A DNA stretch of 61,156 nt, filler included, from Globobulimina sp. (taxonomy: Eukaryota): assembly GCA_003354225.1 (NCBI GenBank). It is 20 parts of 20 records of this genome, joined end to end, with 100 filler letters (N's around TTAATTAATTAA, not from the genome) between each part and the next. Parts side by side here need not be neighbours in the genome. Positions count along the whole stretch, not along the records: positions 1 to 2,966 come from PIVH01004209.1; positions 3,067 to 6,032 come from PIVH01004210.1; positions 6,133 to 9,097 come from PIVH01004211.1; positions 9,198 to 12,162 come from PIVH01004212.1; 16 more parts are not named here. One strand, written 5' to 3'. Positions 1 through 11,482 of the stretch are shown here, piece after piece. Under the pieces are notes generated by a model. The model searched no databases and had not been told where the DNA came from. It worked only from the letters and a program-made list of their open reading frames with translations. The position numbers were made by a program, and so were the translations under genes. Within the stretch, counting starts at the first letter, position 1, and each line of letters begins with the position of its first letter.

Positions 1-2
1 GT

Positions 3-557
3 TTTGATAAAACAATCAAAAAATCCATTAATTTAATAAAGAATGATAGATTATTAATATTTGGTTTTTCTAAAAATTATATTAATATTTATGATTTGAT
101 ATTGTTGCTTGAATTGTTTTATTCAAACTGGTTTGATGCAAATTGTGATGTTTCATCAATTACAAAATATAAAGAATGTGTTCAAACTTACTTAAATAAA
201 CAATACTTTATGCAAAATAATCAAAATAAGTTACTTGAAAATATTTTTCATATGATTGCAAATGATAAAACATATAAATTAGTTGCAATTGGAATGGATG
301 AATGCTTAAAAGCAATTCAAATGGAAATAGTAAAATATATTTTAATGACTCGATTGGATTTGCAAGAAAGTAGAAACAAACAACATAGCATTGAAATTAT
401 AAATGTATGTAAAAAAAAGAAAATTAAGATAGAATTTACTGGAATTCATTCAAAAATATCATATCAATTTGCCAAAGGGTTTGGTGGATATGCTGCTGTC
501 CTTAAATATCCATTGCCGGATACGCTGGACTCAGATAATGATGAAGATTGGTGTTAA
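3..557 (+). CDS. Divergent eRF1-family protein, C-terminal domain 3 region (5' partial)
   Basis: Frame is open from the contig start. 'AIGMDECLKAIQM' and 'QFAKGFGGYAAVLKYPL' plus an acidic tail resemble the eRF1 domain-3 ending (F..GFGGIGGILRY). Confidence 0.7.
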   Translation, partial: FDKTIKKSINLIKNDRLLIFGFSKNYINIYDLILLLELFYSNWFDANCDVSSITKYKECVQTYLNKQYFMQNNQNKLLENIFHMIANDKTYKLVAIGMDECLKAIQMEIVKYILMTRLDLQESRNKQHSIEIINVCKKKKIKIEFTGIHSKISYQFAKGFGGYAAVLKYPLPDTLDSDNDEDWC

Positions 558-925
558 TATAATAAAAATACAACAAACATTTTGAAAAAGACTTGTAAGA
601 GCAACTAGCTACGAATGCCTACGATTGATTATGGCTTTTTGGTTATGTTTTTTTTGTTCTTTGTTATTTCGGAAATGTGATCATTATTTCAATAAAAATG
701 TAGTTTTAGGTCAATATTTTTTTACTAGACTTATATTAACACCATCATTTATCAGTTTCCTGTATTTATGTTTATCAAAAAATATGTGTTTGGGAGTAAA
801 AATGATTATTAGTTTATCCCATCGACATTGGGCACGTGACATTGAGCATTTCATGGTTAAGGTAAGATATCGGAATTAAATAATGGTATTTAATATGCAG
901 TAATTATAAGTCCGACGTACATTGA

Positions 926-1540
926 TTAATCAATTCTGCATTTTCTACATGATCCATCATAAGGTGGACGTGTTTTAAATCGTGATATTGCTGCTTTATC
1001 ATCAATACTTATATGCTCACCAACATAACAGCAATGAACTTCTTGCAATCCATTATAACCCTCAATGTAAATAGGAACTTTTTCTCCAACACCTCTCTCA
1101 CAATAATAACAAACACTGTATGCTTTCCAATTTGGATCTGAATGGCAAACATCTTTCGGATTTTTACTATCTAATCCATGATTGTTAGTTATGTCGAATT
1201 CTGTATGACAAACATAACAATGACTGGACATTGGTTTAATTCGTTTAATTTGGCCTGAGATGAAATCAATCATAGCACCATCACCAGTTCCTATTAATTT
1301 TGATAATAATGACAATTTCTGATCAGTAGAGATTAACTCCAACTTAGATAACATTCGTTTTCTCTTCATTTCGACCGTATCCTCCTTATTGTCATCACTA
1401 TCATAAAGAGATATACTCTTTCTTTTTTTATTCCGATTACTATTTTTATCATCATTATGTTTTGCTCTTTTTGCAGGTTTTGAATCAACTTCATCATCAT
1501 TACTATCATAAAGAGATATAATATTTCTTTTTTTGCTCAT
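926..1540 (-). CDS. Hypothetical protein with basic/acidic N-terminal repeats and Cys/His-rich C-terminus
   Basis: Intronless ORF from ATG (MSKKR). 'ISLYDS(N/D)DD' occurs twice; CxxC pairs (CYVC, CYYC, CRKC) suggest metal binding. Confidence 0.6.
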   Translation of the reverse strand: MSKKRNIISLYDSNDDEVDSKPAKRAKHNDDKNSNRNKKRKSISLYDSDDNKEDTVEMKRKRMLSKLELISTDQKLSLLSKLIGTGDGAMIDFISGQIKRIKPMSSHCYVCHTEFDITNNHGLDSKNPKDVCHSDPNWKAYSVCYYCERGVGEKVPIYIEGYNGLQEVHCCYVGEHISIDDKAAISRFKTRPPYDGSCRKCRID

Positions 1541-1791
1541 TTTAATCACAAATTTTTAAGTCAATTTAATTTCAAAATCAACCTTTGTCGATCTATTTTT
1601 CCTGATAATTTTATATATTAATTTAAAATTATACAAAGATATCATGCAAAATGCAACATACATACCGGTTAAAGACTGAATTCAAGCGTTCGTTTTTTTA
1701 GTGTTAAACAAAAATCAACATCCTACTTCAATCTTTTCTCCCATCTTTGCTAATCCTCGCGATCGAAAGCACGCACCATTTGATTTGAACA

Positions 1792-2966
1792 ATGGGTAAT
1801 GATATTTCCAAATCTCGTAGCTCAGCCAGAAAAAATACGAAACAATCAAAAAAATGGTCGAAATTTATATCAAAACGTGAAAAACGAGACAATATATCAT
1901 TAGATTTAGATATTACTGATCCTACAATGATTGAATCACCTGTAATGTCATGGAATTGTCATCGTAAACTTGAAAATATTAAAAAAGATCTACTTTCTGT
2001 TCAATCAAATATTGATAAAACTCCAACATCATTTAAACAACAGTTTGTGGTCTAATCTGTTCTGATTTGTGTTAAATTTAATTTGCAAATTTAAATAATG
2101 TGCAAAACAAAAGACATAATTTAAGCAAGAAATTGAATTTCGTTGGAAATAATATTTCAAAAACAATTCAAGGGATAACACATAATTATTTAGATGGATT
2201 ACCGAATGAAAGAGCTCTTTTAGATTATTGGTCGACGAATGACGATGATAACGATGGATTTGGAGTAATCGTTTTTGAGATTGCTGAAATGGACAAAATT
2301 CACCAAACTTTAGGTTGGGAATCTGGCGATAACATAATTATTGAAACCGGCAAAAAAATACAAGAATATTGTACATGGTATTCGACAGATTACTGTGTTG
2401 AATTTAAATTATTTCATCCAGATTTTGCTTTAAATGAATTTATTGTAGTAACGGCCTGTTCGCACGAAGGTGTAATTGAAGATTTATGTGAATGCATACT
2501 AATTGATGTTGAGCGAAGTGTAAAATGTTTTTTCCAACCAACTACGGTTTGGTGTGGATTTGTTACAAATTCAAAAACAAACTCAAAATCAATTAAACAA
2601 GATATTGAATATACGTTCCGATCATGGTATGAAAAATCAAAAACTGCATTAAAAGAAGCAATGAAAATATCAAAATTTGCTGATAAACCAAGGTTTGTTG
2701 TTTGTTGTATAGTTTATTTGTTAATTATGTAGTTTGCTAGTGATCGAATTCTAAAATGGTTACCTCCGCAAGAAAAATTAGAAAAAGGTAATATAATATC
2801 ACAAATTATTCATTCCTATATATCAAATCATATTCGATATGGTAACAACAAAAATAATGAGGTAGAAATAATGGATATTGATCAAGTAATACAAGCAATT
2901 GATAAACAAATGAAAACTGGCGCAGATTTGAATCATTGTGACAAGGTTGGACATACACCCTTTTTT
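1792..2966 (+). CDS. Degenerate GGDEF-domain plus ankyrin-repeat protein with N-myristoylation motif (3' partial)
   Basis: Inferred introns 2043-2113 and 2693-2740 restore one frame. Starts MGNDIS. GGDEF-like elements: 'LDGLPNERAL', 'VIVFEIAEMDKIHQTLGWESGDNII', 'ALNEFIVV', 'TVWCGF', 'TALKEAMK'. Last exon ends 'GADLNHCDKVGHTPF', an ankyrin repeat start. Confidence 0.75.
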
Positions 2967-3066
2967 NNNNNNNNNNNNNNNNNNNNNNNNNNNNNNNNNN
3001 NNNNNNNNNNTTAATTAATTAANNNNNNNNNNNNNNNNNNNNNNNNNNNNNNNNNNNNNNNNNNNN
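2967..3066. other. Artificial contig spacer (44 N + TTAATTAATTAA + 44 N); first of 19
   Basis: Identical 100-bp spacers start at 2967, 6033, 9098, 12163, 15227, 18291, 21355, 24419, 27483, 30546, 33609, 36672, 39735, 42797, 45858, 48918, 51978, 55038 and 58098. The 12-mer puts stops in all six frames. Contig lengths fall slowly from ~2966 to ~2960 bp, consistent with length-sorted concatenation. Confidence 0.98.
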
Positions 3067-3852
3067 TATGTATTTCAGTGCATACTCCAAATCAAATGTT
3101 GTGTCCAAGTTTTCATGACTTTGACACATTTTATATAATGCTTTTATATTCGAAGCATCATATTTTAAAACCGCTCTGTTTTGTATATATTTCAATATAT
3201 CTCGATCGGAAAAACAAATATGAAATGTATACAGTACGTAACTTACTGCACCACACAACATTTGCATGTAGTCTTAATGCTAAACATGCAGTGGCACAAT
3301 TTAGTAATAATGAAAGAATTAATAATTGCGCCCTGTTGAAATTTTCCTCATTCTGCCAAAATGAAATATATGATGTGTAACCTTCAAAAATATAATCTTT
3401 TAATTCTAAATGTTCTCCTCTTTCATCTTTTTTTTCAAAATAACGAAATATTGATATTCCCTTTGAATAACTATTTAAAGCATTGGTGTAATCTTTGTTG
3501 TTTTTCTTATTAAAAAAGTTATTTCCTTCTTCTTTAAATGATTCACATTTCTCTATTCTCTGTGTAACGGACAGCTCTTTCCACTTTTTGTTTTGGTGTT
3601 TTTTGTGTTATTAAATTAATTAATTATAATTACAAGACAGAAAGGTTTGTTTCTAGTACTTTCTACCTCATTGTTCCTTGATGCATAAACTTGGGTCGCT
3701 TTAATAAAAGATGGACTCCGTTCATATTCCTTTCGTATTTTTGACAGTTGCGCTGATTTCAATTTTTGTGCTATGCCGAAAATTTTAGATAAATCAAAAT
3801 CTTCACCATTCTTTCCATCGTCACTCTCACAATCTGATGAACTTAAAGCCAT
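3067..3852 (-). CDS. TPR-repeat protein, spliced (3' partial)
   Basis: Middle exon reads 'ESFKEEGNNFFNKK..YTNALNSYSKGI' and 'LLNCATACLAL'; last exon 'VLKYDASNIKALYK'. These are co-chaperone-type TPR signatures. Confidence 0.75.
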
Positions 3853-3921
3853 CAAAAATAAAAACTGTCACCCAGTTCTGAGTCGAAGTAACTGAACCAT
3901 CTCTTCCTTTGCAGAAATAAA

Positions 3922-5495
3922 ATGTCATACAAGAAGTTAGGATCTGAAGGTGTATCCACATCAAATGCAACATCATCACAATCAGCCATATCAGCACCAA
4001 AATCAACTTTAAAACAACATCAAACAAAACCTTTATCAGAGAATACAGCATCCATCAAAGCACAATTACAAAAAACAAAAAATATGACAAAAGAAAAAGA
4101 ACCAAATATTATCAAAACTGAAGCATCTCCAAAATTAACCATACAAGATCACGATTTAGCATTCAAATTAGCAAAAGGTGCCGGTGATGAACACAATCAG
4201 TCTCAGTCTCTCCCCGTTGAATTTATAAATAATTTGAATGAAAATAAAGATATTTTGCAGCAAAATAATGTACAGTCAAATTGTGGCCATTGCAAGAATC
4301 GCATGAAATGTTTATGTGGTTTATTACAACGTGATTACATTACATTTATTGCATCACCGATTGTTTTATGTATTTTATTAATTATAATGCTTATGATCAA
4401 TAGCAATTTAATAATAGTTTGGTTGCTAAGTGTTTTAATATTTTATTGTTTATTAATATTTTCTTATTTTTATGTATCTGGTTCTGGCACGGATTCAATT
4501 TTAGATTTATTTACATTGAGTATGACATATGGTGGGTTTATGGGTGTCATTGGTTGGATATTTGGATGGATGTTGGCCGAAACTAATAATATATCCCTCG
4601 GACCATTTATTTTTTTGCATTCTGGTTTCATATTAAGTTCTACTGCAAACACGGTGTTGTTTGGTATTGTTGCTTGCATTATGTATGGTGGAATATTCCC
4701 ATTTGTTTTAATTTGGCTCAAGGTATGCAATATTTAGTTGTACTGCACATAAAACCTGACTTATTCTGCAATATTTTTATTTTATTGTGACATGTTGCCT
4801 GTTTTCAGAGTGATAAACGTTTGATTGATCAATGTTTTTCAGCTAAATGTAAAATAGCAAATTTTAATATTTTGGATGAATATCAAGCATTGCAGCAATC
4901 ATTGAATTTACCAGAACATCAAATTGAACAATTTATAGCTTCAAATGAAAAAGAAATTATGTTAAAATTGGAAACAGCACAAAAAACCTTGCAAATGGAA
5001 TGTGTTTCTTCTGTGGTTGGATATGTTGGATCTATTTATATATTGAGCTTTTTGTTAAAGTTTGATTCGATGAATATGTTGGATAGTACTTTAATATTTG
5101 TTTATGGATATTTGTTGAAAGATTTTATTTTTGGAGTTTTATTTGCGATTATTGCGTCATATATTGTTGGAAGAAGGAGATTGTATCAGGTTCGCATGAA
5201 TAATAAGTGCGTGTATTATGTATTGATTATGATTTTGGGAATATTACAACAGTCCATTAGTACGGTTTTGTGTGGTTTGTATCCAAATGTTGGACTGAGG
5301 ATGGATATCGTTTATGTATCCATTGGATTCAATGTCATTATTTGTATTATGGCAGTGATTGAAATATATCATCAAAGGAAAGTATTTATGGTTCAATTGG
5401 ATGCGTTGTTTATTTATAATTCGATAAATAATTTGCAAATAAGTGAGAGTTCTGTTAGAATGGATAACTTGAGTTTGACTACAATCACTGAGTAA
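3922..5495 (+). CDS. Multi-pass membrane protein of unknown function
   Basis: ORFs 3922-4737 and 4821-5495 join in frame through a GT-AG intron at 4723-4808; many hydrophobic segments. Confidence 0.7.
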
Positions 5496-6433
5496 TTTTG
5501 TATGCAAAATAATAATAATGATTGATCGATATGTACAGTTCATGTGTTTTTGGTGGTCGGATTTCAAATAATAGTTAATTGATCTCGGAACTAATCGTTC
5601 GAAACGATAATTGTTTTGGGAAAATAAAAGTTTTCGCGTTTTGAAAAACTTGAGAGTTGCATCGTTTCGAAAAAGTGTAATATATCAATCAGGTGATTTA
5701 CATGGACTACATTGTACTGTGTATCATTTCTACACTGTTTCAACAATATATGAATATACAGTCCTCAAAGAGTTAAAATATGAATTCAATGATACGATTG
5801 TTAGGTATTTTTTACACTCATTTCAAAGTAAAATAACTAGCTACAATTTGGATATGATATATCTGTATGTATTCTAACAACAGTTCTGAAACTCATTTTG
5901 TGCCATTGTGGATAACAAAAAAGTTATACTCACTCAAAGTTTTTAAATTTGAAATGAGACTTATTTCAACTAACATGACAAAATAGACAACAAAAAACAA
6001 CAACAACAATTACATGGACAAATAATGATACTNNNNNNNNNNNNNNNNNNNNNNNNNNNNNNNNNNNNNNNNNNNNTTAATTAATTAANNNNNNNNNNNN
6101 NNNNNNNNNNNNNNNNNNNNNNNNNNNNNNNNAACGTGTTTTCCAAATACAAAATTGTTATCTTAGAAGTAATGGCAAATATGAGTTAAAATTATCGAAA
6201 AAAACCAACAAAAAAATTGAGAGACAGAAAAAAACACATTTAAAAACAATTGCGTGAGAAATATACAATTAATACAAAAGAATATTCCACATCAAAACAA
6301 ATAGACAATCATAAAAACTAAAAATATATAAAATAATATATTGAATAGGAACGTAAAGACTTTGACGGACCGCAATTTAACAGTGAAAAGAGAGAAATAA
6401 AAAGATAGAAATACATATAAATTAATACTAGCA

Positions 6434-9001
6434 TCAATCCACACACTTGATATCATTTTTGTGTGTGTGAGAGGCGCTGACCGCAGTAAAAGAGCCGCAA
6501 TTTGTGCCAGAGGCGCTGTTCGCAGTACTTTCCTGTAGTTCAGACAAGCAACTGATACTCGTAGCACTCGGATGATACACAACAGTCAAGTCCTCATTGT
6601 CCACCGTGCTGCTCTCAATACTCTTGTTCTTGTCACCGAGTGTCGACAGTCTACTGAGTACCGATGGTGGCTCAGCGGTTGCATCCGGCGACGGTATGGA
6701 TGCCACGGAGGCCGCGGAGGGAATAGACGTAGCCCGAATGGATATATCCATTGCTTTGCCTTCCAAAGCATCATTCAGATCACTTATTTCTTGTGCATGT
6801 TGCTGTTTTTTTTTCAATGCCCAACGAACGCCAACAACGCACATACAAATTACCAATACAATATCAACAAAAAAGAAGACCAGCATTGGCGTACTAAGCA
6901 CCAATGTCATTTGCTCTGCGCTGCCTCCATTTTCATTACGAGCACTAAGCGTATTTGCCAAAGGCGATTCTGATGGACTTACGGAAGGCGACACTGAGGT
7001 ATAATCATACTGCGACTGCCGTGATGAAGGGGACTGTGAAGGCGATGCTGTCGATCGTGTAGGACTTGCCGAGGGATTTGACGAAGGAGATACTGTTGGG
7101 GCTGTTGGGTTTAATGAAGGAGTGCCGGTTGGATTATGCGATGGAGTCAACGTAGGAGCTACGGTGGGAAATGACGGAGATTGCGTTGGTTGACGCGATG
7201 GGTTTATAGTAACTGCAGTCGGTGCTGGTGTGGGACTGATAGTGGCTGCGGTCGGTGTCGCTGACGGCATTAAGGTGCGACTATCGCTCTGAAAGGAGAA
7301 TTCAATGCGAAACTCAGCATGCGTGATCTGAGCAAATCGAAGTGTTAATTTAGCCGCGGTTTCGGCCGCATTAATATCTAACTCATAGTCATCGAATATA
7401 GTCAGATCATGGTAGTTATTGTCGACAAACACGGAGACAGCGTCCAGTATATATCCAGCAGTAAATGTCACGTCAATCTCCAATGTCTGAGCTGTAAATA
7501 CAAGCTGCGAGCCATACGGCGCTATGTCCGCTTGAATGAATGACTCGGTGTACGAGATGCAGTCCTTTTGGAATGCCCAGCTCGTGGTGGGGTCATCAGG
7601 TTGTTCGCCCTGAGTCCACCACTTGCATTTATACAACGCGTCATTGTACCGCGCAACCTCGAAGCCTTGCGGTTGGCAGTAAATGTCAGCGGGGTCGTAG
7701 ATAGCGTACGCATCGTTGCTGCAAACGTCAGAGGCTGTGCTTAATATGTTAGCCGCAGCAGAGGTGATGATAATGTTGGAATGGGTTAAGACCGAAGCAT
7801 CCCATACCAAACTATGCGGGTTCTCTGAAGGACACTGCGACAGAGCAGCGGTTTTAAAAATACCTTGGGAGTAATAACAACTTTTGAAACTGGTCTGGTC
7901 GTTCATTAATTGGTTGGTGTTCTGGAACGTATATTGACTGTTTGGTACCGGGTTATTTATCCAGTCAATGATCTCTTGGTTGGTCACAATCCACGTATTC
8001 GACTGAGACAATACCCAGTCGATGAAATCATTGATGGCGTCGACGTTGTCTTGTTTATCCAGCCACGTTGAAGAAAAATACAAACCCATTGGCGCTTTGT
8101 TGGTAGCCATTCTATGCAGAAAGTTGTTCTTTAAATTAAGTATACAAACAAAATGATTTGCAGTGCAGTTCGCCATATTTTACTTAGTAAATGTGTATAC
8201 TGTATACCTTGAAGCTGGTTAGCATGGCATCGTAATCTGTCGCTTCATAATCCATAATGCCATATGCTGCTCGGTTTGGTATATCAGTGTACAGTTTGTA
8301 CCTAATTAACGATATAAAATAGGTTTGTTATGCTGCGTAGTGGATATATTTAACATTGGAATTTCCCAAAATGCAGGAAATGACTGCTGGGGACCTTGGC
8401 CAACTTCATAGGTTCGAGTAGGCTCATATTGATCTAAAGTATACGGCCAATCATAGTCGCCATTTGTATCTAAGTCAGAGATAATGGTTGAATCGTAAAC
8501 GTAGGACGGAGTGAGTCCAGTTAATACTTGGAACATTGTATTGGATTTCTTTAAGAATGGCGCGCGGAAACCAGTGATTTTATTGATGGGAATGTCGGCA
8601 TGGACCGATATTAATTCTCGCGAGCTTAGTATTTCGTGATACCATTGAGTTACATCTGTTGTATCACTGGTTGTGCGTGACACGGTGTTAGTGGCTATCT
8701 CGCAGCCTTCTAAATATCGCGCTTGCACTAATTCATAATCAGAATATTCGTTGCTCACAAAGTATACCAAAGGGATTTGCGCCCCGTTTCGGTTTACATG
8801 ATCTAATATTAGCTCAGTATTATCCGGATGGGACACGACGTGAAAAAGCGCAGCATCAAATGTTATTGTTAGAAACATTGGGATGTCTTCTACATTGCTT
8901 AGTGGAGGAATTGGAGATCTATCGCTATTGTTTAAGCCCACTGTAGCTTTGATTTGAATAATAATCAAAATGATTAAACAACGGACTATGGTAATTGCCA
9001 T
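6434..9001 (-). CDS. Type I membrane protein: signal peptide, CE4 chitin-deacetylase-like domain (inactive), CBM5/12, PT/S-rich stalk, TM helix, cytoplasmic tail
   Basis: Two introns in ~8130-8355 join 'LTITFDAA', 'GCEIATNT', 'GFRAPFL', 'YDST..WPYTLD', 'FWEIPM' and 'NKAPMGLYF'. 'ARYNDALYKCKWWTQGEQP..W' is CBM5/12-like. Followed by PT repeats and a hydrophobic helix ending in KKK. Confidence 0.85.
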
Positions 9002-9501
9002 GACTTTAGTGAGGCGCACAAGGAAATGAGAGAGATTTTTAATACTCAAAAAAACTATATCTTCAATGGAAATTAATATAAGTATTAGATAACACACNNN
9101 NNNNNNNNNNNNNNNNNNNNNNNNNNNNNNNNNNNNNNNNNTTAATTAATTAANNNNNNNNNNNNNNNNNNNNNNNNNNNNNNNNNNNNNNNNNNNNTTT
9201 ACTAATTTTATTTATTGCCTTCATTAACATTTGTGTACTAATCGCCTGTTTTTTTACTATTTTTTTTATTTATTTATTTTTAACATTCATTATTAAAGTA
9301 AAACAGTATTATTTGTCTCGATCACTCGTCTGTTGATAGTTTCTTCTAAACTTTATATGGAAATATAAATTATTAAATTGCGTCACAACTTGGCAACAAA
9401 CAAACAAACACAAAACAAAATAATCAAACACTGATAATCATTTCACATAACTAAAAAAAAATGGGAAATGATTTAGAAACTTTTGATTTGAAGAGTTTTC
9501 G

Positions 9502-9691
9502 GAGGCTGGGCAATCTGATTAGTTACTACATAACTATTTAGTAACTATTTAGTGACTATTTCAATCCAAAAACGATAATGCGTAACTATTTAGTAACTAT
9601 TTAGAAACCTAGGCTATTCAGCAACGCTTTAGCAACTATTTAGTTACTACTTTAGAAGCTATTTTAGAAACTATTTAGATTGCCCAGCCTC
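9502..9691. mobile_element. MITE-like element, 190 bp, 15-bp perfect terminal inverted repeats
   Basis: GAGGCTGGGCAATCT at 9502-9516 and its reverse complement AGATTGCCCAGCCTC at 9677-9691; interior has about seven copies of TAACTATTTAG or close variants. Confidence 0.75.
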
Positions 9692-9874
9692 GATCAGGAT
9701 AACTGCAGTATTTTCTCAAACATATCAAAAACCTGATTCATGATAATTGTAGTATTTTCTTTATTTAATAATACAAACCTGATTTTATTTAATTGCTTTT
9801 TTTTTGTATGTTTTTTGGTACAAATTTGAACTATATACAGACAACGCCGTCCGTTACGTATTGAAGCAGCAACA

Positions 9875-10985
9875 ATGAATCACAGCAAATACATGAATCA
9901 ACAGAATCAAATTGAAATACAATATTTGTATCAATTATCAGATCAATTATGGAGAAAAAAGAATTATGTGGAATCAAAGAAAACGTGCTTGAAATTATTG
10001 TCAATTAAACCAAATCATAGTGATACACATAACAGATTAGCCACAAACTATAAAGCTTTGAAAGAAATAGAAAATGCTATTAAACATTTCAAATTTGCCA
10101 TTAAATGCAACAAAAACAACAAAACTGCATACAATAATTTAGGAAATGTATATTCCGTAAACAAAGCAACTTGGCATATTGCACAACAATGCTACATTAA
10201 AGCTATAGCCATTGATCCATTTTATTCAAATTCACATTCAAATTATGCTGTATTATTACGGAAATTGCGTGAAATTGATGATGCTAAATACCATTACCAA
10301 TGTGCATTAAAGTTACGTCATATTTTATATTTTTTCACTAAAAGTACGATGTTTTTATAATTTATTTTTTATAAAACACATTTTACTGTTTTTATATATC
10401 GCACCTTTTTGACAAACTCACTTATAACTAATTACATACATATTTACCGATGGTTATGTTTCTGTAATTTATATAAATATAATTTTGCCGATCGATAGAA
10501 TCAGTCCTGACATTGCCTGGATTCATTTTAATTATGGCAACTTAATGGAAGAGGAATTTAAAGATAATATAACTGCATCAGAAGAGTATAAAAAGTGCCT
10601 GGAAATTGATGATAAATACATCGAAGCATACCATAATTATGCTGTATTACTACATAAAAGAAATCAATTAGAAGAGGCTGAAATATATTACAAAAAGACG
10701 TTGCAGTTTAATAATCGGTGTGTGTTAACACATAGAAACTACGCATTGTTACTGATTTCATTGAATGAGGATGTCGCAGCATATCATCATTTAACGTTTG
10801 CATTATCAATCTGTTTAAAACAAGATCCGAATTTTGGGTGGAATCAGGTTATAGATTTTATGGATTCTGTTGATTTGATACATAATTCAGAATGGACAGA
10901 TATTATAGAGTTAATACAATACATTTTCAACAAAAATTTGTCGCTATTTGAAAATTATGAAGAAGGGAAAAAACAATTGTCGTAA
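9875..10985 (+). CDS. TPR-repeat protein
   Basis: Tandem TPRs ('AYNNLGNVY', 'SHSNYAVLL', 'AYHNYAVLL'); intron 10312-10498 restores the frame (ALK/ISPDIAW). Confidence 0.85.
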
Positions 10986-11003
10986 CCATAGTTAAAGTTG
11001 ACA

Positions 11004-11216
11004 CACATTTTTATTGTTTAAATATCTTTATTTTTTGTTCACAATTTGCACCTGATTTTTTTTGTGGAATTTCAGTGTGTTTTTGTTTGGTTGATACATA
11101 ATGTCACAACTTTCAAGTGTATTATGTGAAAAAAATATCACATTTTTATTGTTTAAATATTTTTTTTTGTTCACAATTTGCACCTGATTTTTTTTGGGAA
11201 TATCAGTGTGTTTTTG
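11004..11216 (+). repeat. Imperfect direct repeat of ~80 bp (11004-11085 and 11139-11216)
   Basis: Both copies read CACATTTTTATTGTTTAAATAT...TTTTTTGTTCACAATTTGCACCTGATTTTTTT..GGAA..TCAGTGTGTTTTTG. Confidence 0.9.
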
Positions 11217-11482
11217 ATCGCATTTTTGTATATGATTTTGTTATTGTTTTTTTTGGTTAATACACAGTACATAATACTATATATGTCATATCATATGACT
11301 CAAATGATATGATACACTCGTCATAGTAATATACAGTGGTTTTAAGTTGTATAACTGTTGAATTTCAACAGATAACGCCACTCACTCCACCGTCTGAAGT
11401 TTTTTTTCATCATCAAAAATAAAGAATAGCATGCTACGTTGCTGCAACAAGTAAATATTACAACTAGTTAACATTCCTAATT

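Noticed and set aside
625-879. Short ORFs at 625-879, 5611-5877, 12331-12582 and 42187-42759
   Set aside because: AT-rich intergenic DNA, mostly non-ATG starts, and no protein-like motifs.
9531-9678. TAACTATTTAG array as a CRISPR or telomere
   Set aside because: Units are 11 bp with no unique spacers and sit inside TIRs; no cas genes are present.
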